A model generated the notes under the pieces. It was not told where the DNA came from, ran no database searches, and was given only the letters and a program-made list of their open reading frames with translations. From positions 196,739 to 260,738 of the forward strand of contig JBAZWO010000002.1 of the NCBI GenBank assembly GCA_041660305.1: a stretch of 64,000 bases of DNA, read 5' to 3'. Below are positions 30,283 through 40,282 of the stretch, in pieces. Both the position numbers and the translations under genes were made by a program. Each line of letters begins with the position of its first letter. Within the stretch, counting starts at the first letter, position 1. The DNA is from Patescibacteria group bacterium. Lineage in GTDB: Bacteria > Patescibacteriota > Patescibacteriia > UBA9570.

Positions 30283-30317
30283 AAAAGCATTCTAAAAGTT
30301 TTATCAATATTTGTCAA

Positions 30318-31400
30318 TCAATTTAGTTGCGAGTGGCTTTGAATATAATAATTTTGGATCATACCAATACCTAATAATAAAGTCAACAAAGAACTGCCTC
30401 CAGCGCTAACAAAAGGCAAAGGGATGCCAGTTACCGGCATTACTCCAATATTCATGCCGATATTTATCAGTACCTGTATAAAAATCATAATAGCGTAACC
30501 AGCACAAAAATATACCCCATACTCTTCTTTATTGGCCCGCATAATTTTCCAAATTCGCCAAAGAATAATAAATAACAATATAATTGTAGTCGCACAGCCA
30601 ATAAAACCTAATTCTTCTCCAATAACTGCAAAAATAAAATCGGTATCACGTTCTGGTAAAAAGCGTAATTGGCTTTGTGTACCTAGGCCTAAACCACGTC
30701 CATACCAGTAACCAGAACCTACGGAAATAATAGCTTGTTTTACATTATAGCCAGCCGTAGACGAGGCCTTATTTGGATTTAGAAAAATGAATATGCGTTC
30801 TTTTTGTAAAGGCTGTAATAAAAACTGCCAAGCTAGCAAGGCTAGCACTACACCACTACCTAAAATAATTAAATATTGTTTTATTGATACGTTAGTTAAA
30901 CCTAATAATATTAAGAACGTACCAATAAATACTAAGGTTGAACCTAAATCTGGTTGCAATAATACTAATAACGCATAAGGGACTACAATACCTAATGTTG
31001 CTACTAAAGTATGCCATTTGTTAAACATAAAGGCTCGGTCTTTTAAATAACGCGCCAATGCAATCAGCATAAAAATTTTTACTAATTCAACTGGTTGAAA
31101 ACTAGCTGAACCAATACGAAACCATCCGGTAGTACCATTTATTTCTGCACCAAATAACAATACAGCTAATAATATTAATACGCCAAATGCATAAATAAAA
31201 TAAGCATAACTTTGCCAACGATGATAATCAACTGTCGCTACAAAAAAACAAATAATTAAACCTATACCAAAAAATAATATTTGTTTTACATAACGCTCAC
31301 CGCTAATACTGTACATTAATGAAATACTAAACATAGCTAATATAATAATAGCTCCCATTAACCACCAGTCCATTTTTCGCCACATAACTAACCATTTCAT
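30318..31400 (-). CDS. rodA: SEDS-family peptidoglycan polymerase (RodA/FtsW)
   Basis: About 10 TM segments. Motifs PERDTDFIFAVIGEELGFIG and LPFVSAGGSS. Confidence 0.88.
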   Translation of the reverse strand: MKWLVMWRKMDWWLMGAIIILAMFSISLMYSISGERYVKQILFFGIGLIICFFVATVDYHRWQSYAYFIYAFGVLILLAVLLFGAEINGTTGWFRIGSASFQPVELVKIFMLIALARYLKDRAFMFNKWHTLVATLGIVVPYALLVLLQPDLGSTLVFIGTFLILLGLTNVSIKQYLIILGSGVVLALLAWQFLLQPLQKERIFIFLNPNKASSTAGYNVKQAIISVGSGYWYGRGLGLGTQSQLRFLPERDTDFIFAVIGEELGFIGCATTIILLFIILWRIWKIMRANKEEYGVYFCAGYAIMIFIQVLINIGMNIGVMPVTGIPLPFVSAGGSSLLTLLLGIGMIQNYYIQSHSQLN

Positions 31401-31403
31401 ATA

Positions 31404-32366
31404 TTACTGCTGTTTAGGTAGAATTTGGTTGTTACTATGAATATAATCAGTGTAAAAAAATAATTGCACCTGGGCATTAGCTAAAAAACGTTGTTGCCAA
31501 AACATTTGTATGTTTTTTTCTGCATATGAATTAAATTCAGACAAATTTTGTTCTTGTATGCCGATAATGCTATTATTATTAGTAATTACTGCTACTACTC
31601 GGCTACTATGATAACCTATAATTGATTGATTAATAAGGCTGGTAGTCAATTTTGTATAAGGATAAGTTATTGTATCGGTAGTAGTAATATTGATATTGTT
31701 TGGAGCTAAATTAGCATTAACATTATTATTAGTATTAGTAGCTTGATTAGTATTAGTTTGACTAATAGCCACTGGCGTTAAAACGGTTTCAGTAATTTTA
31801 ATAGTAGGTTTTTTAGTAGCAATCAAATCATTAACATTAACCTGTTCCCAAGTGGTATTAGTAACATGGCAAATTACGGTAATAGCTGTGGTAGTGGCAG
31901 CAACATCATTAATAGTAAAATAAGCTTGCTCACCAGGCATTAATTGAGCTTGTTTATAATTTAAATCTTTGCCCGCTATGGTAACAGTATAATCAAAAGT
32001 AGCTGCATGATAGGTATTGGGATTAGTTAATAATATATAAACAATGGCTTTGTTTTTATCTAGTGCTACCATGTCTGTACTAGTCACTTGAATGACTTGC
32101 GGTATACTACGTCTACTATAATTTACTGATGCCGTACCAATATTTTTTTGGGCATTATTAGCACTATTAATACCAAATACAAAACGTACAAAACTATAAA
32201 TAGTGATTATCCAAATAACACTAACAATAAACCATAAAATTCCATAACCAATTTGACGCAATAACACTCTATTAGAAAAAATCCAATAAGCTTCGTTTAA
32301 TTCTTTTTTTGGTAGCTGATACATAATGCTTAATTGAAGTGTACTGAATTGCTCTAGCAAAAGCAA
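31404..32366 (-). CDS. Hypothetical membrane-anchored protein with an Asn/Thr-rich segment
   Basis: One TM helix and a low-complexity stretch (TNTNQATNTNNNVNAN). The start may be the internal MYQLPKK. Confidence 0.5.
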   Translation of the reverse strand: MLLLEQFSTLQLSIMYQLPKKELNEAYWIFSNRVLLRQIGYGILWFIVSVIWIITIYSFVRFVFGINSANNAQKNIGTASVNYSRRSIPQVIQVTSTDMVALDKNKAIVYILLTNPNTYHAATFDYTVTIAGKDLNYKQAQLMPGEQAYFTINDVAATTTAITVICHVTNTTWEQVNVNDLIATKKPTIKITETVLTPVAISQTNTNQATNTNNNVNANLAPNNINITTTDTITYPYTKLTTSLINQSIIGYHSSRVVAVITNNNSIIGIQEQNLSEFNSYAEKNIQMFWQQRFLANAQVQLFFYTDYIHSNNQILPKQQ

Positions 32367-32487
32367 GCAAATCCAATTGTCGCAAAACCCACCGGCCTAA
32401 AGATAACTTCCGGATTTATCCCGGTGAGTTATCGAATTTATGTAAACTATGCTATACTATGATTAATTAAAAAAATAATAAAAAAAT

Positions 32488-32778
32488 ATGTTAAATACCA
32501 GCCAAGATATTTTATACTTAACTGTAGCTGCTTGTGTAGCAGCTTTTACTGTTACTTTAATCTGGATTATGTACTATATTGGTCAAATTACCAAGCAAAG
32601 TAATGATATGTTAGCTGATTTTAGAAAGAAATTAGAAGAGCTAGATGAAACAGTTAAAACTATTCAAACCAAAGTATCTCATTCTGTAGAAGCGTTATCA
32701 GCTATTAGTGACCAGGTTGCTTATGTAGTAGATTTTATCCGCAACATGTCTAAATCTAAGAAACGCGCGAAAAATTAA
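32488..32778 (+). CDS. Small TM plus coiled-coil protein (DUF948-like)
   Basis: 96 aa, with an N-terminal TM helix, a helical region and a basic tail. Confidence 0.5.
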   Translation: MLNTSQDILYLTVAACVAAFTVTLIWIMYYIGQITKQSNDMLADFRKKLEELDETVKTIQTKVSHSVEALSAISDQVAYVVDFIRNMSKSKKRAKN

Positions 32779-32890
32779 ATCCTACCTCATCCCCCTACCC
32801 CCTTCTCCTAAAAGGAGAAGGGGGTTTTAATTTAAAAAACTCCTCCTTTCCCCTATTAGGGGAAAGGAGGTTGGGAGGATAGAGGTAGAA
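32779..32890. repeat. Composite GC-rich hairpin element (family 1), acting as back-to-back terminators
   Basis: It fills the whole gap between two convergent genes. It opens with TCCTACCTCATCCCC. Hairpin 1 is CCCCCTTCTCCT/AGGAGAAGGGGG (32798-32824) followed by TTTT. Hairpin 2 is CCTCCTTTCCCCT/AGGGGAAAGGAGG (32842-32870), with a T-run on the minus strand. It closes with GAGGTAGA. Confidence 0.7.
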
Positions 32891-33409
32891 TTAATTCTGA
32901 TTCCCTTTCTTAATCGCCTCAATAATTGGTGATGCTGGATTTAAACTTTGCCAAAATGAAATTTGATCACGGTTAATAACAATATAGTTATATGGTTTAT
33001 GAACATCATCTACTAAACGTTTTAGTGATAAACCACTAGCGGTAACATTATTATCATTACTATTTAAATTATCATTTGAATTATCTGCTGTTTCTGTATT
33101 ATCAGCCGCAACATTAGTATTAACATTTGTAGCGGCAGCCTGCGTATCAGTTTGTTGTAAATAATATACATCCGTTAGTACGTATGTATTTATACCATAT
33201 TTGCTAAGACGGCCAAAAAACGTCTGGCCATTAGTTAGTGTTACTGCCTGATAAGTTGCGTTATCAAACAAAGTGCTATAGCGAATAGACAATAACCATA
33301 GTTTAGTAGCTGATAATAATATAATTAAAGCTACTAAGACGTAGGTAAGGCGTAATACACGATTAAGTGTAAACCATTTAGTTTTTACTTTACTTATTTC
33401 TTTTTTCAT
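32891..33409 (-). CDS. Hypothetical membrane-anchored protein
   Basis: 172 aa, with an N-terminal TM helix and an Asn/Asp-rich linker. Confidence 0.5.
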   Translation of the reverse strand: MKKEISKVKTKWFTLNRVLRLTYVLVALIILLSATKLWLLSIRYSTLFDNATYQAVTLTNGQTFFGRLSKYGINTYVLTDVYYLQQTDTQAAATNVNTNVAADNTETADNSNDNLNSNDNNVTASGLSLKRLVDDVHKPYNYIVINRDQISFWQSLNPASPIIEAIKKGNQN

Positions 33410-33453
33410 ATTACACAGAGTATAACATACTTGCTATAATAGTTACAACACTT

Positions 33454-36400
33454 ATGAATTTTATTCACTTACATGTTCATAGCCAATATTCCCTCTTAGA
33501 TGGTTTGCCAGATATTGAGCCTTTAGTAAAACGAGCTGTTGAATTAAACATGCCAGCTTTGGCATTAACTGATCATGGTTCTATGTATGGTATTATTGAA
33601 TTTTATCAAGCCTGCAAAAAATATCACATTAAGCCAATTATTGGGGTTGAAGTATATGTGGCTGCTAGAAAATTAACCGATAAACAACCACGTTTAGATG
33701 ATAAACCAATGCATGTGGTGTTGCTAGCTGAAAACAATCAAGGTTACTATAATTTAATTAAGTTAGTAACACAGGCTCATTTAAATGGGTTTTATTATAA
33801 ACCGCGAGTCGATTTAGAATTATTGCAAAAATATCACACTGGTTTAATTGCCTTAAGTGCTTGTTTAAAAGGTCCAATTGCTCAAGCTGTGTTAAATCGT
33901 AATTTAGCCACCGCTAAAACTGCCGTAATTAATTATCAAACTATTTTTGGTAAAAATAATTTCTTTTTAGAACTACAACATCATCCTAATTCTCCCGAAC
34001 AAACCATAGTTAATAATGCCTTAAAAGAGCTTAGTTTAGCCACCCAGGCTCCTCTAGTAATTACAGCTGATAGCCATTATTTACGCAGTGAAGATGCACA
34101 AGCTCAAGATATTATGGTGTGTATTCAAACCAAAAAACAACTAGCCGATACTAAACGCTTGTCCATGCGTCAAGAAGATTACTCTTTAACTACTAGTGAG
34201 CAAATAAACATTTGGTTTAAAGATGTGCCAGAAGCTATTTTAAATACTACCCGAATTGCCGAGCGTTGTAATGTTAATATTACTTTAGGACAAATTACTA
34301 TGCCTTATTATTACTTACCACCAAATATTACTGCTGATGACATGTTAAAAAAAATGTGTGAAACAGGTGCACAACAACGTTATGATTTAACAAAACAACG
34401 AATTACTGTATCTGAACGATTAACCTATGAATTAGCTATCATTAAAAAAACCGGTTTCGCTTCTTATTTTTTAATCGTCCAAGATGTAGTAAACTGGGCC
34501 AAACAGCACGGTATTGTAGTTGGTCCTGGCCGAGGCAGTGCCGCAGGTAGCATTGTGGCTTATTTAACCAGCATTACCAATATCGATCCATTAAAATATG
34601 ATTTATTGTTTGAGCGGTTTCTTAATCCAGATAGAGTTAGTATGCCTGATATTGACTTAGATATTGCTGATGCCAGGCGCAACGAAGTAATTGATTATAT
34701 TGAATCAAAATATGGTAAAGGCCACGTAGCTCAAATTATTACCTTTGGAACTATGGCCGCTCGCGCTGCTGTACGTGATGTTGGACGTGTTTTTGGTTTA
34801 GGCTATGGCTTTTGTGATCACATTGCTAAATTAATTCCTATGTTTACTAGCTTAAACGACGCTTTGGAAACGGTGCCAGATTTGCAGCAATTATATCAAT
34901 CTGATCCAGATGCTAGTCGCTTATTGGATAGCGCTAAAAAATTAGAGGGTGTAGTGCGCCACACTTCTACCCATGCTTGCGGCATTGTAATTACCAAAGA
35001 ACCTTTAGAAAACTATACTCCCATTCAATATTCTTCGGTAGATGATAATAGTTTAGTAACACAATATTCATTACACTCTATTGAACAACTAGGTTTATTA
35101 AAAATGGATTTATTAGGCCTAAAAAACCTTACTATTATTGAACAAGCTATCGTTATAGTAGAAAAAACCACTGGTGTTAAAATTAATCTAGATACTATTC
35201 CCTTGGACGATAAAAGCACTTATCGTTTATTACAGCACGGTGATACTACTGGAATTTTTCAGTTAGAAAGTGCTGGTATGAAACGTTATTTACGTGAATT
35301 AAAACCTACTGAATTTGAAGATATTATCGCCATGGTGGCTTTATATCGACCTGGTCCAATGGAACGTATTCCTGAATATATTGCTGGTAAACATGGTAAA
35401 CGCACCGTGGATTATTTACATCCAATGCTTAAGCCGATTCTGGAAAAAACTTATGGCATTTTAGTGTATCAAGAACAAGTGATGGCATTAGCCCGTGATT
35501 TAGCCGGTTTTACGGCCGGTGAAGGTTACTTATTAATTAAAGCGGTAGCTAAAAAAATCGAGTCGTTATTATTAGAACAGAAACAAAAATTTATTAATGG
35601 CTGTAAACAAAAAAATATTACGGAAGGTATTGCTCAACAAATTTGGGAATTTATTGAACCATTTGCTAGATATGGTTTTAATAAATCACATTCTACTGGT
35701 TATGCCTTTATTGCTTACCAAACTGCTTATTTAAAAGCGCATTATCCAGCTCAATTCATGGCTAGCTTATTAACCTCCGATCAAGGTGATGCTGACCGCA
35801 TTGCTATTGAAGTATCTGAAACTCGTTTGCTAAACATAGCTGTGCTACCACCAGATATTAATGAAAGTTACTCCACTTTTACAGTAGTACGAGATCGTTT
35901 AACCAGCAAAACTCCCCGTTTACGCTTTGGTTTAGCCGCTATCAAAAACGTTGGTCAAAATTTAGTAACAGCTATTATTCAAGAGCGAAAACAAGCAGGC
36001 AACTTTACTAATATAGAAGATTTTTTTAGACGCATAAATCATAAGGATTTAAATCGTAAATCAGCAGAGAGTTTGGTTAAATGTGGCGCTTTAAATTGTC
36101 TAGGTGATGCTAGCATATTATTAACTAATTTAGATGTATTGCTGCAATATAATCGACAAATACAGCAAGATAAAGCCACTGGTCAAACTAGTTTGTTCCA
36201 GCACATTAAAACTGCTAATAAACCTAAATTACACCTAGTATCAGCCGAGCTAATTACTGAAGCACAAAAACTGCGGTGGGAAAAAGATTTACTAGGCCTA
36301 TATGTGTCATCTCATCCCTTAAAACGTTTTCAAGCGGTATTAGCTTTGGCCGGCATAACTAATATAGTTACTGCTTTAAAACAACGTAACCATACCCCTA

Positions 36401-36840
36401 TAGTTATTGTTGGTATTATTAACCAAGCTAAAACTTTACAAACAAAACATAACGAAACTATGTACATTTTGGCAGTGGAAGATGCCACCGCTAAAATAGA
36501 GGTGTTTGTATTTCCATCACAATTACCATATGTAAAAACCGTGCTTAATGACGGTGAAATAATTTGTATTCATGGCAAACTATCCAAACGTAATGGACAA
36601 ATGCAATTAATTTCTGAAAAAATATTGCCTTATCCTAGACAATTAATTATATTATATCTAAAAACTGAACATAAGCCATTACTAAATAAGCTTAAAGACG
36701 TACTACAGCAACAATCCGGCGATATTCCAGTTTATTTAGAGATTGAAGGTAAATTAATTAAGACTAAATCTACCAATAATTTGGCAGTAATTCCCCTGCT
36801 CCAACAACTACTTGGTAAAGATGCGGTGAGTTTGTTATAA
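33454..36840 (+). CDS. dnaE: DNA polymerase III alpha subunit
   Basis: PHP domain (HLHVHSQYSLLDG), GRGSAAGS and PDIDLD motifs. 1128 aa. Confidence 0.95.
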   Translation: MNFIHLHVHSQYSLLDGLPDIEPLVKRAVELNMPALALTDHGSMYGIIEFYQACKKYHIKPIIGVEVYVAARKLTDKQPRLDDKPMHVVLLAENNQGYYNLIKLVTQAHLNGFYYKPRVDLELLQKYHTGLIALSACLKGPIAQAVLNRNLATAKTAVINYQTIFGKNNFFLELQHHPNSPEQTIVNNALKELSLATQAPLVITADSHYLRSEDAQAQDIMVCIQTKKQLADTKRLSMRQEDYSLTTSEQINIWFKDVPEAILNTTRIAERCNVNITLGQITMPYYYLPPNITADDMLKKMCETGAQQRYDLTKQRITVSERLTYELAIIKKTGFASYFLIVQDVVNWAKQHGIVVGPGRGSAAGSIVAYLTSITNIDPLKYDLLFERFLNPDRVSMPDIDLDIADARRNEVIDYIESKYGKGHVAQIITFGTMAARAAVRDVGRVFGLGYGFCDHIAKLIPMFTSLNDALETVPDLQQLYQSDPDASRLLDSAKKLEGVVRHTSTHACGIVITKEPLENYTPIQYSSVDDNSLVTQYSLHSIEQLGLLKMDLLGLKNLTIIEQAIVIVEKTTGVKINLDTIPLDDKSTYRLLQHGDTTGIFQLESAGMKRYLRELKPTEFEDIIAMVALYRPGPMERIPEYIAGKHGKRTVDYLHPMLKPILEKTYGILVYQEQVMALARDLAGFTAGEGYLLIKAVAKKIESLLLEQKQKFINGCKQKNITEGIAQQIWEFIEPFARYGFNKSHSTGYAFIAYQTAYLKAHYPAQFMASLLTSDQGDADRIAIEVSETRLLNIAVLPPDINESYSTFTVVRDRLTSKTPRLRFGLAAIKNVGQNLVTAIIQERKQAGNFTNIEDFFRRINHKDLNRKSAESLVKCGALNCLGDASILLTNLDVLLQYNRQIQQDKATGQTSLFQHIKTANKPKLHLVSAELITEAQKLRWEKDLLGLYVSSHPLKRFQAVLALAGITNIVTALKQRNHTPIVIVGIINQAKTLQTKHNETMYILAVEDATAKIEVFVFPSQLPYVKTVLNDGEIICIHGKLSKRNGQMQLISEKILPYPRQLIILYLKTEHKPLLNKLKDVLQQQSGDIPVYLEIEGKLIKTKSTNNLAVIPLLQQLLGKDAVSLL

Positions 36841-36848
36841 TAACTTTA

Positions 36849-37952
36849 ATGAAAAAGATTAAAGTTCAAGCTGCTCAGCAAATCCAAAGACACTATACTC
36901 CATTAGTAATTATTTTCATTGGTGTGACCGTACTAATTGGTTTGTTGGTTTATTATTTAGCTTTTAACAAAACTACAATTACTATTCATACAGCGCCAGT
37001 AGCTGAAACGCAAACCTTCTCTTATTCTAATGATCAGCTAGATGCGGTTTTAGTTAATACCAATTTAACTGCTATTGAATTCACTTATTCTGATATTTCT
37101 GAATCAACGCCTGTGCCTAGTACAGCGCGTGGTACAGTGGTGATTGAAAATCATTATTCAGCCGATCAGCCCTTAGTACGTACTACTAGATTATTATCTA
37201 CTGAAGACGTGTTATTTAGAACCGATAAAACAGTAGTGGTGCCATCTGGTGGATCGGTTACCGTGCCAGTTTACGCCGATGAACCAGGCGAAACCGGTAA
37301 TATTCCACCTAGTAAATTTGAAATTGTAGCGCTTTGGGCCGGGTTAAAAGATAAAATATATGCTACTAGCCAAGCAGCTATGACTGGCGGGGTGATTAAT
37401 GAAAGCATCTTAACTCAAAATGATATGGCTAATGCTAAATTAGCAGCCGAGACTGCTTGGCGAGAACAAGCTAGTACGGCTTTAAATAAATTAGCTCAAA
37501 CCGAAGCTACTGGTATTACACCGGATTCTTTAAGTATTAACAATTTAAAACAAACTACTAAGCCAACTAGTGCCGGTGAAACAGCTAGTACGATTACTGT
37601 GACTACTTCTGGTACCGCCTTAGCTTTAGCTTTTAATCAGGCTAAATTACTAAACGTGTTAGCTAAAGAACAGCCTGCTGTTACATTTCAAGCAGATACT
37701 CTCACTTACCAAGTAATACCCACTGATGGAACTAATGGTACAGTCACCGGTGCAATAACCTATACCAAAACATTGCAAAATTCAGATATTGACAAATCAA
37801 AGTTAACTGATAAAACTAAGACACAAATTATAGATTATTTACGACAGCAACCCGGCGTCCAAACTGTAGAAGTTGATTTGTGTCCCTTTTGGCTAAGTAC
37901 CATACCAGACTACTGGATTAATAAAATTAATATAACTATTGAGCCAACCTAA
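36849..37952 (+). CDS. Hypothetical membrane-anchored protein (possibly a baseplate-J-like fold)
   Basis: N-terminal TM helix. The segment GTVVIENHYSADQPLVRTTRLLSTEDVLFRTDKTVVVPSGGSVTVPVYADEPGETGNI resembles baseplate J/gp47-type repeats. The function is not supported further. Confidence 0.45.
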   Translation: MKKIKVQAAQQIQRHYTPLVIIFIGVTVLIGLLVYYLAFNKTTITIHTAPVAETQTFSYSNDQLDAVLVNTNLTAIEFTYSDISESTPVPSTARGTVVIENHYSADQPLVRTTRLLSTEDVLFRTDKTVVVPSGGSVTVPVYADEPGETGNIPPSKFEIVALWAGLKDKIYATSQAAMTGGVINESILTQNDMANAKLAAETAWREQASTALNKLAQTEATGITPDSLSINNLKQTTKPTSAGETASTITVTTSGTALALAFNQAKLLNVLAKEQPAVTFQADTLTYQVIPTDGTNGTVTGAITYTKTLQNSDIDKSKLTDKTKTQIIDYLRQQPGVQTVEVDLCPFWLSTIPDYWINKINITIEPT

Positions 37953-39705
37953 TTATATGCCTAAAGACGATTTAGAAAAAATACGACATTCCTGTGAACA
38001 CGTATTTGCCCAAGCAATAAAAGAATTGTATGGAGATAATATTACATTAGCCGTAGCTCATATTTCTGCTGATGGTTTTGCTAATGACGCTAAATGGGAG
38101 CAATTACCCTCGCCCGCTGATTTACCTATTATAGAAAAGAAAATGCAAGAAATTATTCAAGCTGATTTACCGATTGTGCAAAAAGAAATATCTATCGCTG
38201 AAGCGAGAAAGTTATTTGCCAACAATCATTTTAAATTAGAGTGGGCAGAACAGTGGGCCGCTCAAGACAAAACATTAACAGTTTATTGGACGGGCGATAA
38301 ATATGTAGATTTATGCAAAGGGCCGCATGTTGCCAGTACTGGGGCAATTAAAGCTTTTAAACTAATGTCTGTAGCCGGCGCTTATTGGCGAGCAGACGAA
38401 AACAACGAAATGCTCACCAGAATAAGCGGCGTAGCTTTTAATTCAAAAAAAGACTTAGCTGAGCATTTGCATAAATTAGAAGAAGCCAAACAACGCGATC
38501 ACCGTAAACTGGGCAAAGAACTGGATTTATTTGTGTTTTCTGATTTGGTTGGCGCCGGCTTGCCGCTCTGGACGCCTAAAGGCACGATTTTACGGGAAGA
38601 ATTAAACGATTATGTTTGGCAATTGCGCAAAGCCAGGGGTTATGAAAAAGTAACTATCCCTCATATCACAAAAAAAGATCTGTACGAAACTAGCGGTCAC
38701 TGGGCTAAATTCAAGAATGAATTATTTAAAATTACTACGCGCGAAGGCCATGAATTTGCCATGAAACCGATGAATTGCCCGCATCATACGCAAATTTTCG
38801 CACATTTACCGCGCAGTTATAAAGATATGCCGCAACGTTATGCCGAAACCACCATGGTGTATCGTGATGAACAGACCGGTGAATTATCCGGTTTATCGCG
38901 CGTGCGTTGTATTACCCAAGATGATGCGCACGTGTTTTGCCGGTCTAATCAAATTAAAGATGAGTTTTTCAAAGTGTGGGATATTGTAGAACAATTTTAC
39001 AGCTCCGTTGGTTTCCCTTTAACTATTCGCTTATCATTTCATGATCCAAAACATTTTGCCAATTATTTAGGCACGCCTGAGGTTTGGCAAAAAGCCGAAA
39101 CCGCTTTAGAAAATATCGCTAAAGAACGCGGCGCCGTTTATAAAATTGCCGCGGGTGAAGCCGCTATGTATGGCCCAAAAATAGATTTTATCTCTAAAGA
39201 TTCATTAGGTCGAGAATGGCAAGTAGCCACCATTCAGCTAGACATGAATTTGCCGGAGCGCTTTGATTTATTCTGCATTAATGAGCAAGGCGAACATGAA
39301 AGAATTGTGATGATACACTGCGCCATCATGGGCTCGATTGAACGATTTTCGGCTATAATGATTGAACACTTTGCTGGTAATTTTCCGGTTTGGTTAGCGC
39401 CCGTACAAGTACAGTTATTAACTGTATCTGAAAAACACGTTGCTTATTGTGAGAATTTAGCTAAACAATTTACAGTAGCTGGCATTAGAGTAACAATAGA
39501 TAGTGATAATGAAACGATTGGTAAAAAAATTCGTAAAGCGACTCAACAAAAAATTCCCTACTTATTAGTAACTGGTGATAAAGAAATTGAATCTGGTAAA
39601 TTAGCCATTAGAAAACGTGGTGCAAGAGAAGCAATTATGATGGATAAACAGGAGTTTGTGGAGTATGTTACTGATAGAATCAAAGCTAAATCGTTGAATC
39701 ACTGA
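37939..39705 (+). CDS. thrS: Threonyl-tRNA synthetase lacking the N-terminal TGS domain
   Basis: It begins at the editing-domain HSCEH motif. Class II core has FRDEQTGELSGLSRVRCITQDDAHVF. The probable start is the ATG at 37957. The last codons lie in a family-2 repeat. Confidence 0.9.
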   Translation: MSQPNYMPKDDLEKIRHSCEHVFAQAIKELYGDNITLAVAHISADGFANDAKWEQLPSPADLPIIEKKMQEIIQADLPIVQKEISIAEARKLFANNHFKLEWAEQWAAQDKTLTVYWTGDKYVDLCKGPHVASTGAIKAFKLMSVAGAYWRADENNEMLTRISGVAFNSKKDLAEHLHKLEEAKQRDHRKLGKELDLFVFSDLVGAGLPLWTPKGTILREELNDYVWQLRKARGYEKVTIPHITKKDLYETSGHWAKFKNELFKITTREGHEFAMKPMNCPHHTQIFAHLPRSYKDMPQRYAETTMVYRDEQTGELSGLSRVRCITQDDAHVFCRSNQIKDEFFKVWDIVEQFYSSVGFPLTIRLSFHDPKHFANYLGTPEVWQKAETALENIAKERGAVYKIAAGEAAMYGPKIDFISKDSLGREWQVATIQLDMNLPERFDLFCINEQGEHERIVMIHCAIMGSIERFSAIMIEHFAGNFPVWLAPVQVQLLTVSEKHVAYCENLAKQFTVAGIRVTIDSDNETIGKKIRKATQQKIPYLLVTGDKEIESGKLAIRKRGAREAIMMDKQEFVEYVTDRIKAKSLNH

Positions 39706-39740
39706 TGTCACTGATAAATTCTGACAACACAGATAAATAC
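39694..39740 (+). repeat. Family-2 AT-rich element, half copy
   Basis: TTGAATCACTGATGTCACTGATAAATTCTGACAACACAGATAAATAC. It is homologous to the arms of the element at 43933-44072, and similarity extends upstream to about 39672 (GATAGAATCA). Confidence 0.6.
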
Positions 39741-40280
39741 TTTGTAAAAAATAGCATTTTAATTTTTTTTGGCGTATCTTTGGCTAGTTTTATTATAGCG
39801 CTTGTTGTTATGATTAAACTTAATAAACCACCCGCCGAAATTATTTTTATCGAGCATAACTTAAATATTGAACAAAGATACAACAGAAACACACCCTCGA
39901 ACAATGATGTGCAAGTGGATCTTAATCAAAACCTTTGTCGAGTTACTTATCACCGTGACAAAAACAATAATACAATTAATGGCAAAACAAAAATTTACAA
40001 AGCTACTTTAGCTGTACTGGCAAATAATGTATATCCGTGTTATTTATTAGATATAAATAACATTCCTTACCAATATGAGTACTTCCAGATCATTAACATT
40101 GATAAACTGGAAACAGTTAAAATTAAATTCGGTGATGAAATTATAGAAATAAAAACTAACGCAACCTGGACAGGGACGTATTCAGATACAGAATATATTT
40201 ACCACCATGAAATCATTAATCATGGTAAAGTAAAATATGAACATGACTCTGATATTGATAAATATCCCGGTAAAAATTAG
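39705..40280 (+). CDS. Hypothetical membrane-anchored protein
   Basis: 191 aa with one TM helix. The first ~12 codons are encoded by the family-2 repeat. Confidence 0.45.
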   Translation: MSLINSDNTDKYFVKNSILIFFGVSLASFIIALVVMIKLNKPPAEIIFIEHNLNIEQRYNRNTPSNNDVQVDLNQNLCRVTYHRDKNNNTINGKTKIYKATLAVLANNVYPCYLLDINNIPYQYEYFQIINIDKLETVKIKFGDEIIEIKTNATWTGTYSDTEYIYHHEIINHGKVKYEHDSDIDKYPGKN

Positions 40281-40282
40281 GC

